From positions 19,592,001-19,656,000 of the forward strand of contig OX597828.1 of NCBI GenBank assembly GCA_951406725.2: a stretch of 64,000 nucleotides of DNA. The letters are read 5' to 3'. Positions 13,922 to 26,733 of this stretch are shown piece by piece. The notes under the pieces are model-generated. The model was not told the DNA's origin and made no database searches. It saw only the letters and a program-made list of their open reading frames with translations. Position numbers and translations under genes: made by a program. The stretch comes from Octopus vulgaris (taxonomy: Eukaryota). Every line of letters starts with the position of its first letter. Position 1 is the first letter of the stretch.

Positions 13922-14557
13922 ATGTGAAATATCGCATGTGATATATACGTATATCTTTATATCAATACATATCGAGTCACAATAATAGAATCATCCGAGA
14001 TATTAAAAAAAGACTCGTTAAAATATCTAAGAAAAGAACAAAAACGACGTTGTACAAAACAAATATAAAAGAACAAAAAAAAAAAAAGAGAACAAAACTA
14101 CATATTAGTAAGAAAAATAAAAGGAAATCTATAAACGCAAAGAATTATTGAATATGTATGAAAAAAAGTAATGAAAAATACAGAAATACACAACAAAATA
14201 TACATCCCGTTGTAAGAATTGGAAGCTGTGATAATAGAAAGGAAATTTTCAAATGTTATGAATAGTTGTTTTGTTTTGTTTCGGGTGTTTTTTTTATTTC
14301 ATTTTCTTTTTCTGAGTTTTCTTTTGGCGATAAATACTTGGATAAAAATAGACGGGGGAAAAAAAACATTGCTTTATCTGTTTTTTCTTGTCTGTTATCA
14401 TTTTTCTTTTTTCTTTATTTCTGTTTTTTTTTTTTCAGTTTTAACAATATGTCATCTGAATAAATGTAAATAAACGTTTGACGGAACATTGGAGAATATA
14501 CAGGTATACATACGTACATACATACATACATACATACATACATACATACACATATAC

Positions 14558-14588
<31 letters not shown>

Positions 14589-14805
14589 AATACATACACT
14601 TAAATAGTATATATATGTATTCATATATGCACATATATATATGTATATATATATATATGTATATAGGTTTGTATGTATATACAGTCATATAATGTATACC
14701 TGTATATACAGACATATGTACACATACAGGTATGTGTATGTATATACGCTCGTTTTAATCTTCAGTATTTCATCAAAGTGCTTTTGAATTTACAAGCAGG
14801 AAAAT

Positions 14806-14855
<50 letters not shown>

Positions 14856-15099
14856 TATATACACACATGCATACACATACATACACACACACGTATCTAT
14901 AAGCATGCACAAATAAAGCATCCACAATATTTTATGATTTCATGAAAGTTAGAAGTGTATTTGAATTGAGAAACGGAAAAATAAAAATAAAAATGAATGG
15001 ATTAAAACGTATATGACAAGTGGAAACACGAAACTGAAAGTACTAAAATATATGAAGTTTCCCATTCAAATTTCAAAATGAATGTCTGCATGTTTGTAG

Positions 15100-15700
15100 C
15101 GTCGGAGTCTCTGCCATTGACAAGGCCAAGGAAGGCCGATATCACGTGATGTGGTAGTCTGCGTGATGACGATGGCAGATGATTCATCCCCGCCTCCTAG
15201 CGATGTGAACGAGAGTGCTCATATGCACCGCAAAATCATATAAGAATTTCTCTCATGGTAACTATGGTACTATTGTGTGTTCTAACACAACGAGCACTTT
15301 TATGTGGTGATAAATATTACCTTTCCGTATTAATACAGCTTCTGTCGTTAATAAATATAACTATGTTTACATGTATCTCTTTATGCGCGTGTCTATTATT
15401 TTATGCATTACTTTCGCTTTCTCCTTTCAGTTTAGAGTTAATTTTGACCGGCCATAGAAGCGATGTAGTGAAGGAAAGCACCTTATTTTGCCCATCATCC
15501 AATGAATTTTATGGTCTTGCAGATATTTATCGTCCCAGATACCCTTCATTTCTATCATGAAATGAAGGGTTATATTCTCTTCCTAAGAACCGAAATTCTG
15601 TTATGCTATCTCCAGGCGGATGGCTACGTATCCTTCTTCGCTAATAATCGGTATGTAACTGAAAGTATATCATGGGTATTGGATTTATTAACTTATCAAT
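15100..15700 (-). mobile_element. Possible highly decayed RLE non-LTR retrotransposon fragment (HERO-like)
   Basis: Reverse-complement translation gives FRFLGREYNPSFHDR, SLLWPVKI and SRRLPHHVI, weakly resembling post-RT motifs of HERO-type LINEs. Confidence 0.3.
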
Positions 15701-15772
15701 GGTCCACAGTTCTCTTTCGCTTGTATTCTTCTGACCACGTTGGTGTTTAGAGGGCATCTAATTTCGTGCTGC

Positions 15773-15829
<57 letters not shown>

Positions 15830-15834
15830 CATTA

Positions 15835-16065
15835 TTCAGGCCACTGTCTGGAATCGAACTCGGAATCTTGGGGTTAGTAGCCCGCGCTCTTAACCACCAT
15901 TCCCGTGGGTATATGGCATAGCGGTTAAGAGCGCAGGCTACTAACCCCAAGATTCCGAGTTCGATTCCAAGCAGTGACCTGAACAATAATAGTAATAACA
16001 TCAACAACAACAACAACAACAACAATAATAATAATAATAATAATAACAATAATAACAATAATAAC

Positions 16066-16097
<32 letters not shown>

Positions 16098-16111
16098 TAA
16101 TAATAATAATA

Positions 16112-16157
<46 letters not shown>

Positions 16158-16180
16158 GGATGTTGATGATGATGATGATG

Positions 16181-16213
<33 letters not shown>

Positions 16214-16365
16214 TCGAAAAATACCTTAGGAATGAGAACCCAGGTTCGAAATTTCCCCAAGACACCTGAAGAAGGCTGGAGAGTATATCAGCCGAAACGT
16301 TGGATTAACAACGAACAAGATTAGGAAAAATATCCGTCAATTGTAAATAATGTAAATAAGGTAAA
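15835..16365 (+). mobile_element. tRNA-headed, hammerhead-containing non-autonomous element with inverted 5' duplication (putative PLE-dependent SINE)
   Basis: Head 15914-15983 (A box tggcatagcggttaag, B box gagttcgattc), inverted copy 15835-15897, (AAT/GAT)n body, CTGAAGA...GAAAC core at 16266-16298. Confidence 0.75.
16261..16306 (+). ncRNA. Minimal type I hammerhead ribozyme-like motif
   Basis: CTGAAGA 16266-16272, stem II ggctg 16274-16278 / cagcc 16289-16293, GAAAC 16294-16298, GTT triplet; stem I (gacac vs ggatt) pairs poorly in this copy. Confidence 0.6.
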
Positions 16366-16554
16366 TAAAAGCTTGTTAAAAACAATCTCGCACCGACTAT
16401 TTAAATTTGTGAACTTGAAATATTCAATAATAAAAGTTCAGGAAGCAAATTTTTCTGAAAACTTCAATTAAAAAAAAAAAAAATGTTATTTTTCTTTTAA
16501 AATGAAAGAGAGGAGAAAGTGAAGGATGTATGTCCGTGTATATGAAATGGACGT

Positions 16555-16558
16555 GTGA

Positions 16559-16620
<62 letters not shown>

Positions 16621-17083
16621 GAGAGAGAGAGAGAGTGAGAGAGAGAGAGAGAAAGAAAGAAGGGAGTGAGTAAAGGGGTGTGTTGTCATGTATAAATAAA
16701 TAAGCATACATTTTTGAATGTATGTGTGTGTGTATGAGAGAGAGAGAGAAAAAGAGAAAGAGAGAGAGAGAGTGAATGAAAGGGTGTGTTGTCATGCATA
16801 TGCACATATATAAATAAATATGCATACATTTCTCTGTGTGTGTGTGTGAGAGAGGGAGAGAGATAGAGAGAGGAAGAGAGAAAGGGAGAGAAAGAGTGAG
16901 AGAAAGAGTGAAGAGAGAGAGAGAGAGAAAGAGAGAAAGAGAGAGTAAATGAAGGGGTGTGTTGTCATGCATATGTACATACATAAATAAATATGCATAC
17001 ATTTCTGTGTGTGTATGTGTGTGTGTGTGAGAGAGAGATAGAGAGAGGAAGAGAGAAAGAGAGAAAGAAAGAGTGAAAGAGAG

Positions 17084-17114
<31 letters not shown>

Positions 17115-17370
17115 GAGAAGGGAGTGAATGAAGGTGTGTGTTGTCATGCATATGTACATACATAAATAAATAAGTATACATTTTTTGTATGTGAGTGTGT
17201 ATGTGTGTGAGAGAGAGAGAGAGAGTACCACTTATACATTCTATCTCTGACTCCCACACACACACACACGTACAAATACATACATAAAAGATGTATGCGC
17301 ATATGTATTTATGTATGTACGTATGCATGACAACGCGCCCCTTCACACACACACTCCCCCTCTCTCACAT
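16555..17370. repeat. Minisatellite with embedded (GA)n/(TG)n: four direct units and one inverted unit
   Basis: gagtgaatgaaggggtgtgttgtcatgcatatg...aaataaat..gcatacattt recurs near 16665, 16770, 16945 and 17120; inverted catgacaacgcgcccttcac near 17325. Confidence 0.8.
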
Positions 17371-18699
17371 ACAAACACATACATAAAGCGTACCTACAAA
17401 AATACACGTGTGTGTGTGACTGACTACAAATACACGGCGTGCAAAAAAGTAAATAAATAAAAGATTTTTACGGAAATTAACGAAGTGTGCGGGTTCAAGC
17501 GAAAGAATGCCAAACTATCTCGTACCGAATATTTAAACTTGTGAACTTGAAATATTCAATAACAAAAGGAAGTGCAGAAAGTAAATTTTCCCGAAAACTT
17601 CAATTTATAAAAAAATTTCACTTGCTTAGTAAATATTTCTTTCAGTAATTTATCGTAGTTGTAATATATTTATAATTTAAAGAAACTTCTAGGTAACTCT
17701 AGTATGTTTAGCAGTGCTAGAAAAAGCAGTGATCACATAGTTATTATTGTAAACATTGTAGCATTCCAAACATCCCTAACAACAAAATTACTTCTTAATT
17801 TTAAAAAATATATTTATATATATACCGGTATACTGTATCATGGAACCCTCAAAGTTATATACCTATTTCGTTTAATATCATTCATTCAATAAATAGTTTC
17901 TTTACATTACGTATAAAGAATAAACTGTCGGTTTTGCAAATAGCGAATTAAAACTTACAATGAAAGCAACATTGAAATGAATATATATTAAATTATCATT
18001 AATGAAAATAGAGGCGAAAGTGAGTGAGATGCTTGCAAATGAAAACGGAAAATTTCGCCTGCAACGAATTAATATTGTTTATTAAATCTACACCACAATG
18101 AATGTAACGAATATGTAAATTTGTGAAAAGCTTGAAGTTAAAATATTCAATAAACTTCAGAAATCGAAGTTACAGGAAATTTCTTGGAACATGAATTTAT
18201 AGAAAAATCCTGACTTAAACAAAACTTGACTTAAACAGGATTCGAATAATCCTATCAGGTGGTGCTATTAAGTTAGACATGGCCTGGACCAATCTTTGGT
18301 CGAAACATATTTAAGTTTATCTAAGTTTATAAAAAAAAAATCCAGCCGGTCATGCCTTTAATAATTACTTTCTTTTAGAAACTATTACATATGTAATTAA
18401 CAAGCAGCTTTCTCCATTATAATATAGATAGATAGAAGATAGACGATTTACCATATGCACGTATCGGCATGTATGTGTGTGTGTGTGGGGGGGTTTGTGT
18501 CTATGTATGTATCTGTGTTTGTTGTGCGTGTGTTTTACTGAAATACACCGAAAACTGTTTGTATCCAACCTATGTATATCATATAAGATCAAACATCAAA
18601 TATATGCTTCTCTATCTCTTTGTGTTGCTGGGGACATCAAGGAAGAGTTGCCTCGACCATTATCACCAACAGTATGTGGTGAAGAATATCAGAACTAAA

Positions 18700-19590
18700 A
18701 CTACCGCAGCCGCTACCACCGCCGCCGCCGCCGCCACCACCACCATCACTACGACCAAGACGACCAGCACGACGACCACCACCATCACAACGTGGACGAC
18801 GACGACGACAACGACAATGAGGACCTCCCCACCCAGCACTATTAAAATCATCACCAGCATCAGAACAACCACAATCACCATCACGACTACCGCAGCCATC
18901 AGCACCATCAGCAGTGGAGGCACAATGGCCCAATGACTAGGGCAGCGGAGGATCGCGGTTTCGATTCCCAGACCGGAGTTGTGTGTGTTTATTGAGCGAA
19001 AACACCTAAAGCTCCACGAGGCTCCGGCAGGGGGTGGTGGCGACCCCTGTTGTACTCTTTCGCTCCAACTTTCTCTCACTTTTCCTTCCTACGTAACTGC
19101 TGAGCCAGGATACGCATTCATCCATCCGTCGATGCTCTCGGTGTCGGGGGTTGACCTGCTTTCTCTTCTGCGGGTCTTACGAATAGCAGACAGTCCTGAG
19201 ACGCTCAACAGCAACAGCAACAGCACCACCAGCAGCATTATCATCAACATCATCTGCAGCAGCAGCAGCGGGTCTTCCACCCCCCTCCCCACCATCACCA
19301 CCACCACCACCACCTTCACCACTACTTTCACCACCACCACCACCACCACCACCACAAACCCCACCACCACCATCCCCACCACCGCCACCACCTCCACCAC
19401 TACCATGACCACCACCATGACCACCACCACCACCACCACCACCGTCCCCACTGAAGAAACAACCAACACTGCCAACGTTAGAACCAAAACCATCACCGTC
19501 GGCCACAACCAGTACCGCCACCACCATCGTCACTACTACCATCACCACCACCGTCACCACCGCCGCCACTACTCCTGCCACCACCGCTGC
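18700..19590. repeat. (ACC/ACG/CAG)n low-complexity tract interrupted by a SINE
   Basis: Degenerate trinucleotide repeats giving poly-Thr/His/Val frames. Confidence 0.8.
18916..19205 (+). mobile_element. tRNA-derived SINE (head shared with 39324-39713, different tail)
   Basis: ggaggcacaatggcccaatgactagggcagcgg...gtttcgattccc...ctccacgaggctccggcagggggtggtgg matches the reverse complement of about 39535-39713. Confidence 0.8.
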
Positions 19591-19697
19591 ATTTTGCGCT
19601 CGAATCTTAACCGAATCATTTTTTTAAATCGTATTTTTATTTACAAATGAAACTTTATCGTTCTGGTGATTCCATAAAATATGTAACAGTATGGCTA

Positions 19698-19864
19698 GAC
19701 GCAGGCGTGGCAGCGTGGTTTAAGTAGCTTGGTTCCGAAGTATGAGGTCTTGGGTTCAGTTCAACTGTGCGGCACCTTGGGCAAGTGTCTTCTACTATAG
19801 ATACAGACCGACAAAGCCTTATCAATGGATTTGGCTGACGAAAACTACGAAGAAACCGTCGTAT
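19698..19864 (+). mobile_element. SINE family A, 5' half, diverged
   Basis: gcaggcgtggcagcgtggtttaagtagc...gcaccttgggcaagtgtcttctactatag. Confidence 0.8.
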
Positions 19865-19911
19865 ACATATACACATATGTATATAGATATATAGATATAT
19901 ATAGTTAAAAT

Positions 19912-20050
19912 TTACAGAAAAACAAAAGACGAAGGCAGGTGTATAAGTTTGTCGCTCGGGAAAGTGAGAAAGTCTTTTACGCTTCGAGCCTACGCTCCTC
20001 AGCAGAAAGAAATAAGAGAAAATAAACAGAGAAAGAATTAAAAAAAGAAC
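19912..20050 (-). mobile_element. Hammerhead-like short element (family of 32693-33106)
   Basis: aaagacgaaggcaggtg...gtcttttacgcttcgagcctacgctcctcagcagaaag; abuts (TA)n. Confidence 0.65.
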
Positions 20051-20176
20051 AAAAACGTATGGATTTAACGATCAAACATGTAGATTTAGCGATCTATATA
20101 AATATCGTCTTTGTATTTGGTTTGCAAAATTCTTTATGTGAATTCGTGTGTTGAAGTATATATTATTCTGACTGGG

Positions 20177-20519
20177 GAGAGTCATTCGCTTTTGGTGCTT
20201 CATTACTCAATGGTTCGACTTCCACTCATTTATCTATCTATTTTTTCTACGCAGCTCTGATAACGGACAGAATCAACGACTATTGAAGAGGTCGCAAGAC
20301 ACAATGGAGATTTTAGAAGAAATAAATAAGTAAATGAATGGAAATCGAAACGGTGAGTGTGTTAAATTAATAAGGCACTAAAAGAGAATGGTTCTGTGGC
20401 TATTGTGTTATTTTGACTCTTATACATTCACCAGTAAAATTTCCACTTATTTCTTTTTTTATTTTTCTAAAATTTTCCTTGCGTCTTGCAAGCCTTTCAA
20501 TAGTCGCTGACTCTGTCCG
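20177..20519. repeat. Nested imperfect inverted repeats
   Basis: About 20177-20248 pairs with 20314-20392, and about 20263-20331 pairs with 20446-20519. Confidence 0.65.
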
Positions 20520-21241
20520 CTACTCACACTGCTTTCCTTTTTGTTTGTTTGTGCGCATGTGCGTGGATCAGTGTGTGTGTGTGTGTGTGTCTATACATGC
20601 ATGCGTGTATGTATGCATGTGTGTGTATGCATGTTTGTGTGTGCATATATATCTGTGTGTGCGTGCATATGTATCTATCTGTGTGTGTACATTTGTATGT
20701 ATGTATTCTGCTCATTCCTGTGTTTGCATGTCTGAGCTGTTTGTGTATTTTTATGTATGTGCTTGTGTGTGTGTTTGTATATATGTGTGTGTGTGTGTAC
20801 CTCTGTCTCCTTGTACGTGCATGTCTGAGTGTGTGTGTGTGTTTTGCAACTATGTACCATGTTTGTATCTATGGATGTGCATACCATATGTGTGGATGTG
20901 TGTCTCCATATGTGTCCTTGTATGAAATAAAGTGTGTGTGTATATATGTCCATGTGTTTCAGTCTTTATTTGCGTATATGTGCTTGTTTGTTCATATAAC
21001 CTATGTAACTATCCGTCTGTATGTTGATCTGTTTACTTTCAAATCCATATGATTACATACATGTGCATATACATATATATGTATATATATATATATATTC
21101 ATACACCCACCCATTCACACATACATCTATCTATCTACATACATACATACATACATTCATATATACATACATACATACATATACATATTTATATATTCAT
21201 ACACCCACCCATTCACACATACATCTATCTATCTACATACA

Positions 21242-21273
<32 letters not shown>

Positions 21274-21824
21274 CATATATATATATTATATATATATATG
21301 TATACATATATATATATATAAATATAAATGAAAAGGGGTTTGTATGATTGTGTATCGAGGGATATATATTATTCAAAGGAATTCCAACTCTGTTTTTTTT
21401 ATGTTTTATTTATATTCTTTATAATATTAATGTAGAATATAGAATGTATAGTATAAATAATATATATATAGTAAAATGAAATGAAGTATTGATTGTCTTA
21501 TTGAATAAATGAAATATTGAATATCAAATGTTAAGGGACTAGTATACTTTCTTGCATTTAAGCAGTCTTCAAGGTCCCAGGTTGTGACAGGAATGTTTCA
21601 ACTGTATATATGTATATATACATACGCCCCATCCCTACACACATACATCTATCTACATAACAGCTAATTATTCTTCTCTACCTGTGGGTTATGGGGGTAT
21701 GATATCTCCTATGGAATCTTAATCAATTTCTTCCTCTACCTAGGTATGTATATCGTAAACAACAAATATACTGAACATGTTTGAACTCTCCGTCTCTTTC
21801 TCTAAGTCTCCTCTATACAGACAC

Positions 21825-21855
<31 letters not shown>

Positions 21856-21865
21856 TGTATGTATG

Positions 21866-21898
<33 letters not shown>

Positions 21899-21910
21899 GT
21901 GTATGCATCA

Positions 21911-21942
<32 letters not shown>

Positions 21943-22831
21943 GTAATTGTATGTGCGAATATGTGTGCTTGTGAACATTGTATGAGATATTGATTTATCG
22001 ATATATCTACTTGTATGTGTGTTTCTATAGATTCCGCGTATCGCCTTAAATATATTTCCGATTCATTATATATTGACAAATATATATAGAAGCATATCTT
22101 CCCTCATTTTCCCGTTTGGTTCAAGATTACTTTGGTATAATTACGTTGTATTTCATTCTATGTATGTATGTATGTATGTATGTATGTATGTATGTATGTA
22201 TGTATGTATGTATGTATGTATGTATGTATGTATGTATGTATGTATGTATGTATGTATGCATGCATGCATGTATGTATGTATGTATGTATGTATGTATGTA
22301 TGTATGTATGTATTTATGTATGTATGTATGTATGTATGTATGTATGTATGTATGTATGTATGTATGTACGTACGTATGTATGTATGTATGTATGTATGTA
22401 TGTATCTATTTTTCTAGATAGCTAGATCTCTTCGACACCACCACACACTCACACCCACCCACCCACACACATGTACATACACACACACACACACACACAC
22501 TCTCTCTCTCTCTCATACACATACACACGTAGTATATATATATATATATATATATGGGCAACGATAGATATTTACATAGATATGAGTCTTATACACTCTT
22601 CTGCAGCTACTTAAATGCATACATATATGTTAATCTATGTGTGTGCATATACAAATAAATATACACAAATAAATGAATAAATATATATATATATTTATAT
22701 ATACATACTTATATGCATATATAATATATATATGTGTATTATATATATAGGCATATTTACGTATATATATATAGATATCTATGTATACATATGTATCTGT
22801 ATGTACGTATATGTCTGTATATATATATATG

Positions 22832-22873
<42 letters not shown>

Positions 22874-23074
22874 TACATACAGACCTATATATGTGTGCGT
22901 GTGTGTGTGTGTGTAAAGTCAAAGGAACAATACGACAATTGAAGTAGTTATAGTTCTATGGAAAACAGTGTTAACAGATCAAAATTTCAAAAGATTATAT
23001 CACAAAATTCTCGTCTTTTATCTTTCCTGTTATTGCCATTATAAAAAAAAAAAAACTGTCTCCGAAATTGGCAC

Positions 23075-23116
<42 letters not shown>

Positions 23117-23435
23117 CACACACACGCACACACACATACAGAGGATCACAAACACACACGAACACACGCTTAGGTGTATATATATGTTTATATATGTATC
23201 TATATATATTCACATCTATCTGTATATATGTATATAAATACATACATTTATATATATATATATACATAGATACATACATGTATGTATATAAGAAATATAT
23301 ATATATCCATATGCAATTATTTGTAAATATATATACATTGACATACATAATAAAACATATATGCATATACATACATATATATATATGTATATACATATAT
23401 ATATGCATGCACACACGTATGATATATACATGGGC

Positions 23436-23470
<35 letters not shown>

Positions 23471-24157
23471 TATATACATATAAATATGTGTGTGTGCGTA
23501 TATACACGCTTACATTCACGTAGATGTGACAGATTCATAAGACCTCAGTATTAATATCGTATATACAACAAGAGAATTACGCTCATATTCAATGTTGTGT
23601 AAATATACATATATAGCAACATGACATATACACACACGGACTGGCATACACCTATGTATTTTAGCAAAAGTATTAAATTGTACAATATGTCGCACATTAG
23701 AGTGTCACTACCAGTTTCAGTTTATTGATACGTATATACTTGAAAATATGTTACATATGCATTATTCAAATCAGTTCAGTTACACTCAGACAAACACACA
23801 CGCATACGCATGCGCAGGCTTTAACGCACATACGCGCATACACTAAAGGGTTTTGACATCTTCAGGTATTGAGTGAACGGAAACCAACTTCAAATATATG
23901 AATTATTTGCATTGCTAATCATAAAATATCGGTGCAATGTAGCGTGTGTGTGAGTGTATATATAGATAAATATATATTGGTAGATACGGACACGTATGTG
24001 TGTGTATATATTTATGCATATACATACATACACACACGTATATATATATATATATATGCAAGTATGTACTTATATCTTTATAGATATGTGTGTATACACA
24101 TGCATATATAATGGAATATATATATTATATATATGCGTATATATTCATATATAAGTG

Positions 24158-24191
<34 letters not shown>

Positions 24192-25029
24192 CATATACAT
24201 ATATTTATGCATATACATATAGACACACACACACATACATACACACATATATATGTATATATGTGTGTATGTATATACATATATGTGTGTGAGTGTGTGT
24301 GTGTGTTTTGTGTATATCACCCTCGCAAGGAGAGGTCACCACATTTAGATTCGCATTTTATTTTTGTAGTTTTATATTTTAACTTTTATAGCTTTCAAAA
24401 TTTTCATTTTCATTTCAATTTCATTTTCAGAGACATTTTTCGCGTCTGGTGGTTTTGGGAATGACACGGTTTTTCTGCTTGACCGATTGGCTATTAGGTT
24501 TGGTTTGATGTTGCACTATTAGACACACCTTGTCTATTTTGACAGCTCTTGTACACCATACATTACAGCTGCGATCGTTTGAATGGTGATCTTTTGAACG
24601 AATTTCTCTGTCTGTGCTGCTCAACTTTTAAAATGTATGTTCTTTCACCGTTTGTGTTGAAGCGAGATGAAACTTAATGTTTAATATGCGTGAGTTTTTG
24701 TGTGTTTGTGTGTCTGTTGCATTTGTCTGTGCGCCTGATTGTATTAGCGTATTTGAGTGTTCGTTTGTGTGTTTGTGTGTGTGCTTGTGTGTGCGTGGGT
24801 GTAAGTATGTGTGTGTATGCATTATATAAGCCATTATATAAGTTCAAACGTATCTATTTAAATCATATAAATAAATTTTGAAGAGAGTACTCGCACATAT
24901 GCGCATGTATAATTCCAGCTTCCAAATCTTTATACAAACTTTTGTATTTCTTTTGTCCAGACTTACACACACACACGCACACATACACACACACGCACAG
25001 AAAAGTACACATACACACACATAAAGTTT

Positions 25030-25348
25030 TGCACTCCATCGGTTACAACGATGAGGGTCCCAGCTGATATGATCAACGGAAAAGATTGCCCGTGAAATTA
25101 ACGTGCAAGTGGCTGAGTACTCCACAGACACGTGCACGCTTAACGTAGTTCTCAGGAAGATTTAGCGTGACACAGAGTGTGACAAGGCTGGCCCTTTGAA
25201 ATACAGGTATTAGTCATTTTTTGCCAGCCGAGTGGACTGGACCAACATTAAATAAAGTATCTTGCTCAAGGACAAATGCCCCGCCGGGAATTGAACTCAC
25301 GACCTTACGATCGTGAGCCGAATGCCCTAACCACTAAGCCATGCGCCT
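25030..25348 (-). mobile_element. tRNA-derived SINE family C (CORE-like), full length
   Basis: Reverse complement: ggcgcatggcttagtggttagggcattcgg...gagttcaattccc...gtccttgagcaagatac, tail ...gtaaccgatggagtgc. Confidence 0.88.
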
Positions 25349-25403
25349 TCACACACACATACTCACATATAAACAAATATGCATAAATATATACATACAT
25401 ACA

Positions 25404-25816
25404 GGCGCAGGAGTGGCTGTGTGGTAAGTAGCTTGCCTACCAACCACATGGTTCCGGGTTCAGTCCCACTGCGTGGCACCTTGGGAAAGTGTCTTCTCCT
25501 ATAGCCCCGGGCCGACCAATGCCTTGTGAGTGGATTTGGTAGACGGAAACTGAAAGAAGCCTATCGTATATATATATATATATATGTGTATGTGTGTGTA
25601 TGTGTTTGTGTGTCTGTGTTTGTCCCCCTAGCATTGCTTGACAACCGATGCTGGTGTGTTTACGTCCCCGTCACTTAGCGGTTCGGCCAAAGAGACCGAT
25701 AGAATAAGTACTGGGCTTACAAAGAATAAGTCCCGGGGTCGAGTTGCTCGACTAAAGGCGGTGCTCCAGCATGGCCGCAGTCAAATGACTGAAACAAGTA
25801 AAAGAGTAAAAGAGTA
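25404..25816 (+). mobile_element. SINE family A, full length, young
   Basis: ggcgcaggagtggctgtgtggtaag...gactgaaacaagtaaaagagtaaaagagta. Confidence 0.93.
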
Positions 25817-26385
25817 ATACATACATACATACATACATTCATACATACATACATACATACATACATACATACATACATACATGATAGTGACCGAGGAAGA
25901 TTCTCACTGACCATTGCTCCTGCAAAACGCCAGCATTACTCGTGCTTGAGATTACTGCATCCGGGGTTTGTTTGCTTTACTCGAGTTCTCGCCCGCAGGT
26001 TTCATGATCGCTATAGATTCTATGCTCGCTACGGCGCCCTCATACTCGACCGGGCATCAGAAAGCTGCCTCGCCGGAAATTGCACAATAGAACATTTTAG
26101 GTTCAATACTGCTTGCACAAGAACTCACAGGCCCTTTCCACTCTACCCACGTGATCCAGACACAAACCAGGGCAAGAAATCCAGTGCAAATATAGATTGC
26201 AAGATTAGGAACGTGGGAACGCCATGATCTCAAGCTCAAGGAAAAGAGCTATACAATGTCCAATGCCAAATTCTGCATCCATCCACGTACATACATACAT
26301 GCATGCATGCATGCATACATAAATACGTACGTACATACATACATACATATATATATACATACATACATAGATACATACATACATA

Positions 26386-26488
26386 CCCTGTTGATATTGT
26401 TGAAATTCCAATGAAGGAACCGGGAATCTAAGTTAGAAACAGGTTCTTTCTCTATTGTCACAAGATCTTGAAACAAAACTAAATAACG
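26386..26488 (+). repeat. Short dispersed repeat embedded in (TACA)n
   Basis: Aligns with the reverse complement of 36351-36446 (atctaagt.agaaac.ggttctttctctattg). Confidence 0.65.
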
Positions 26489-26523
26489 ACATACGTACGT
26501 ACATACATACATACATACATACA

Positions 26524-26554
<31 letters not shown>

Positions 26555-26691
26555 GTAACACACTACCTAAATACCAATCTTGAGAAATTAAGCTTCTCAA
26601 AACCATAACGAGAAAGCTGATTCAAAAACTACAGTTCATCACTAGAACTGTAGAAGTGTATAAATAGATAAATAAATAAATAAATAAATAA

Positions 26692-26733
<42 letters not shown>

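Noticed and set aside
15914-15983. tRNA gene with ACT anticodon
   Set aside because: No proper acceptor stem or oligo-T terminator, atypical anticodon, and part of a repeat with an inverted duplicate; treated as a SINE-like head. The same applies to the other SINE heads
18469-19650. Thr/His-rich mucin-like ORFs (155 and 223 aa)
   Set aside because: Degenerate (ACC)n repeats read through a SINE; no signal peptide or splice support
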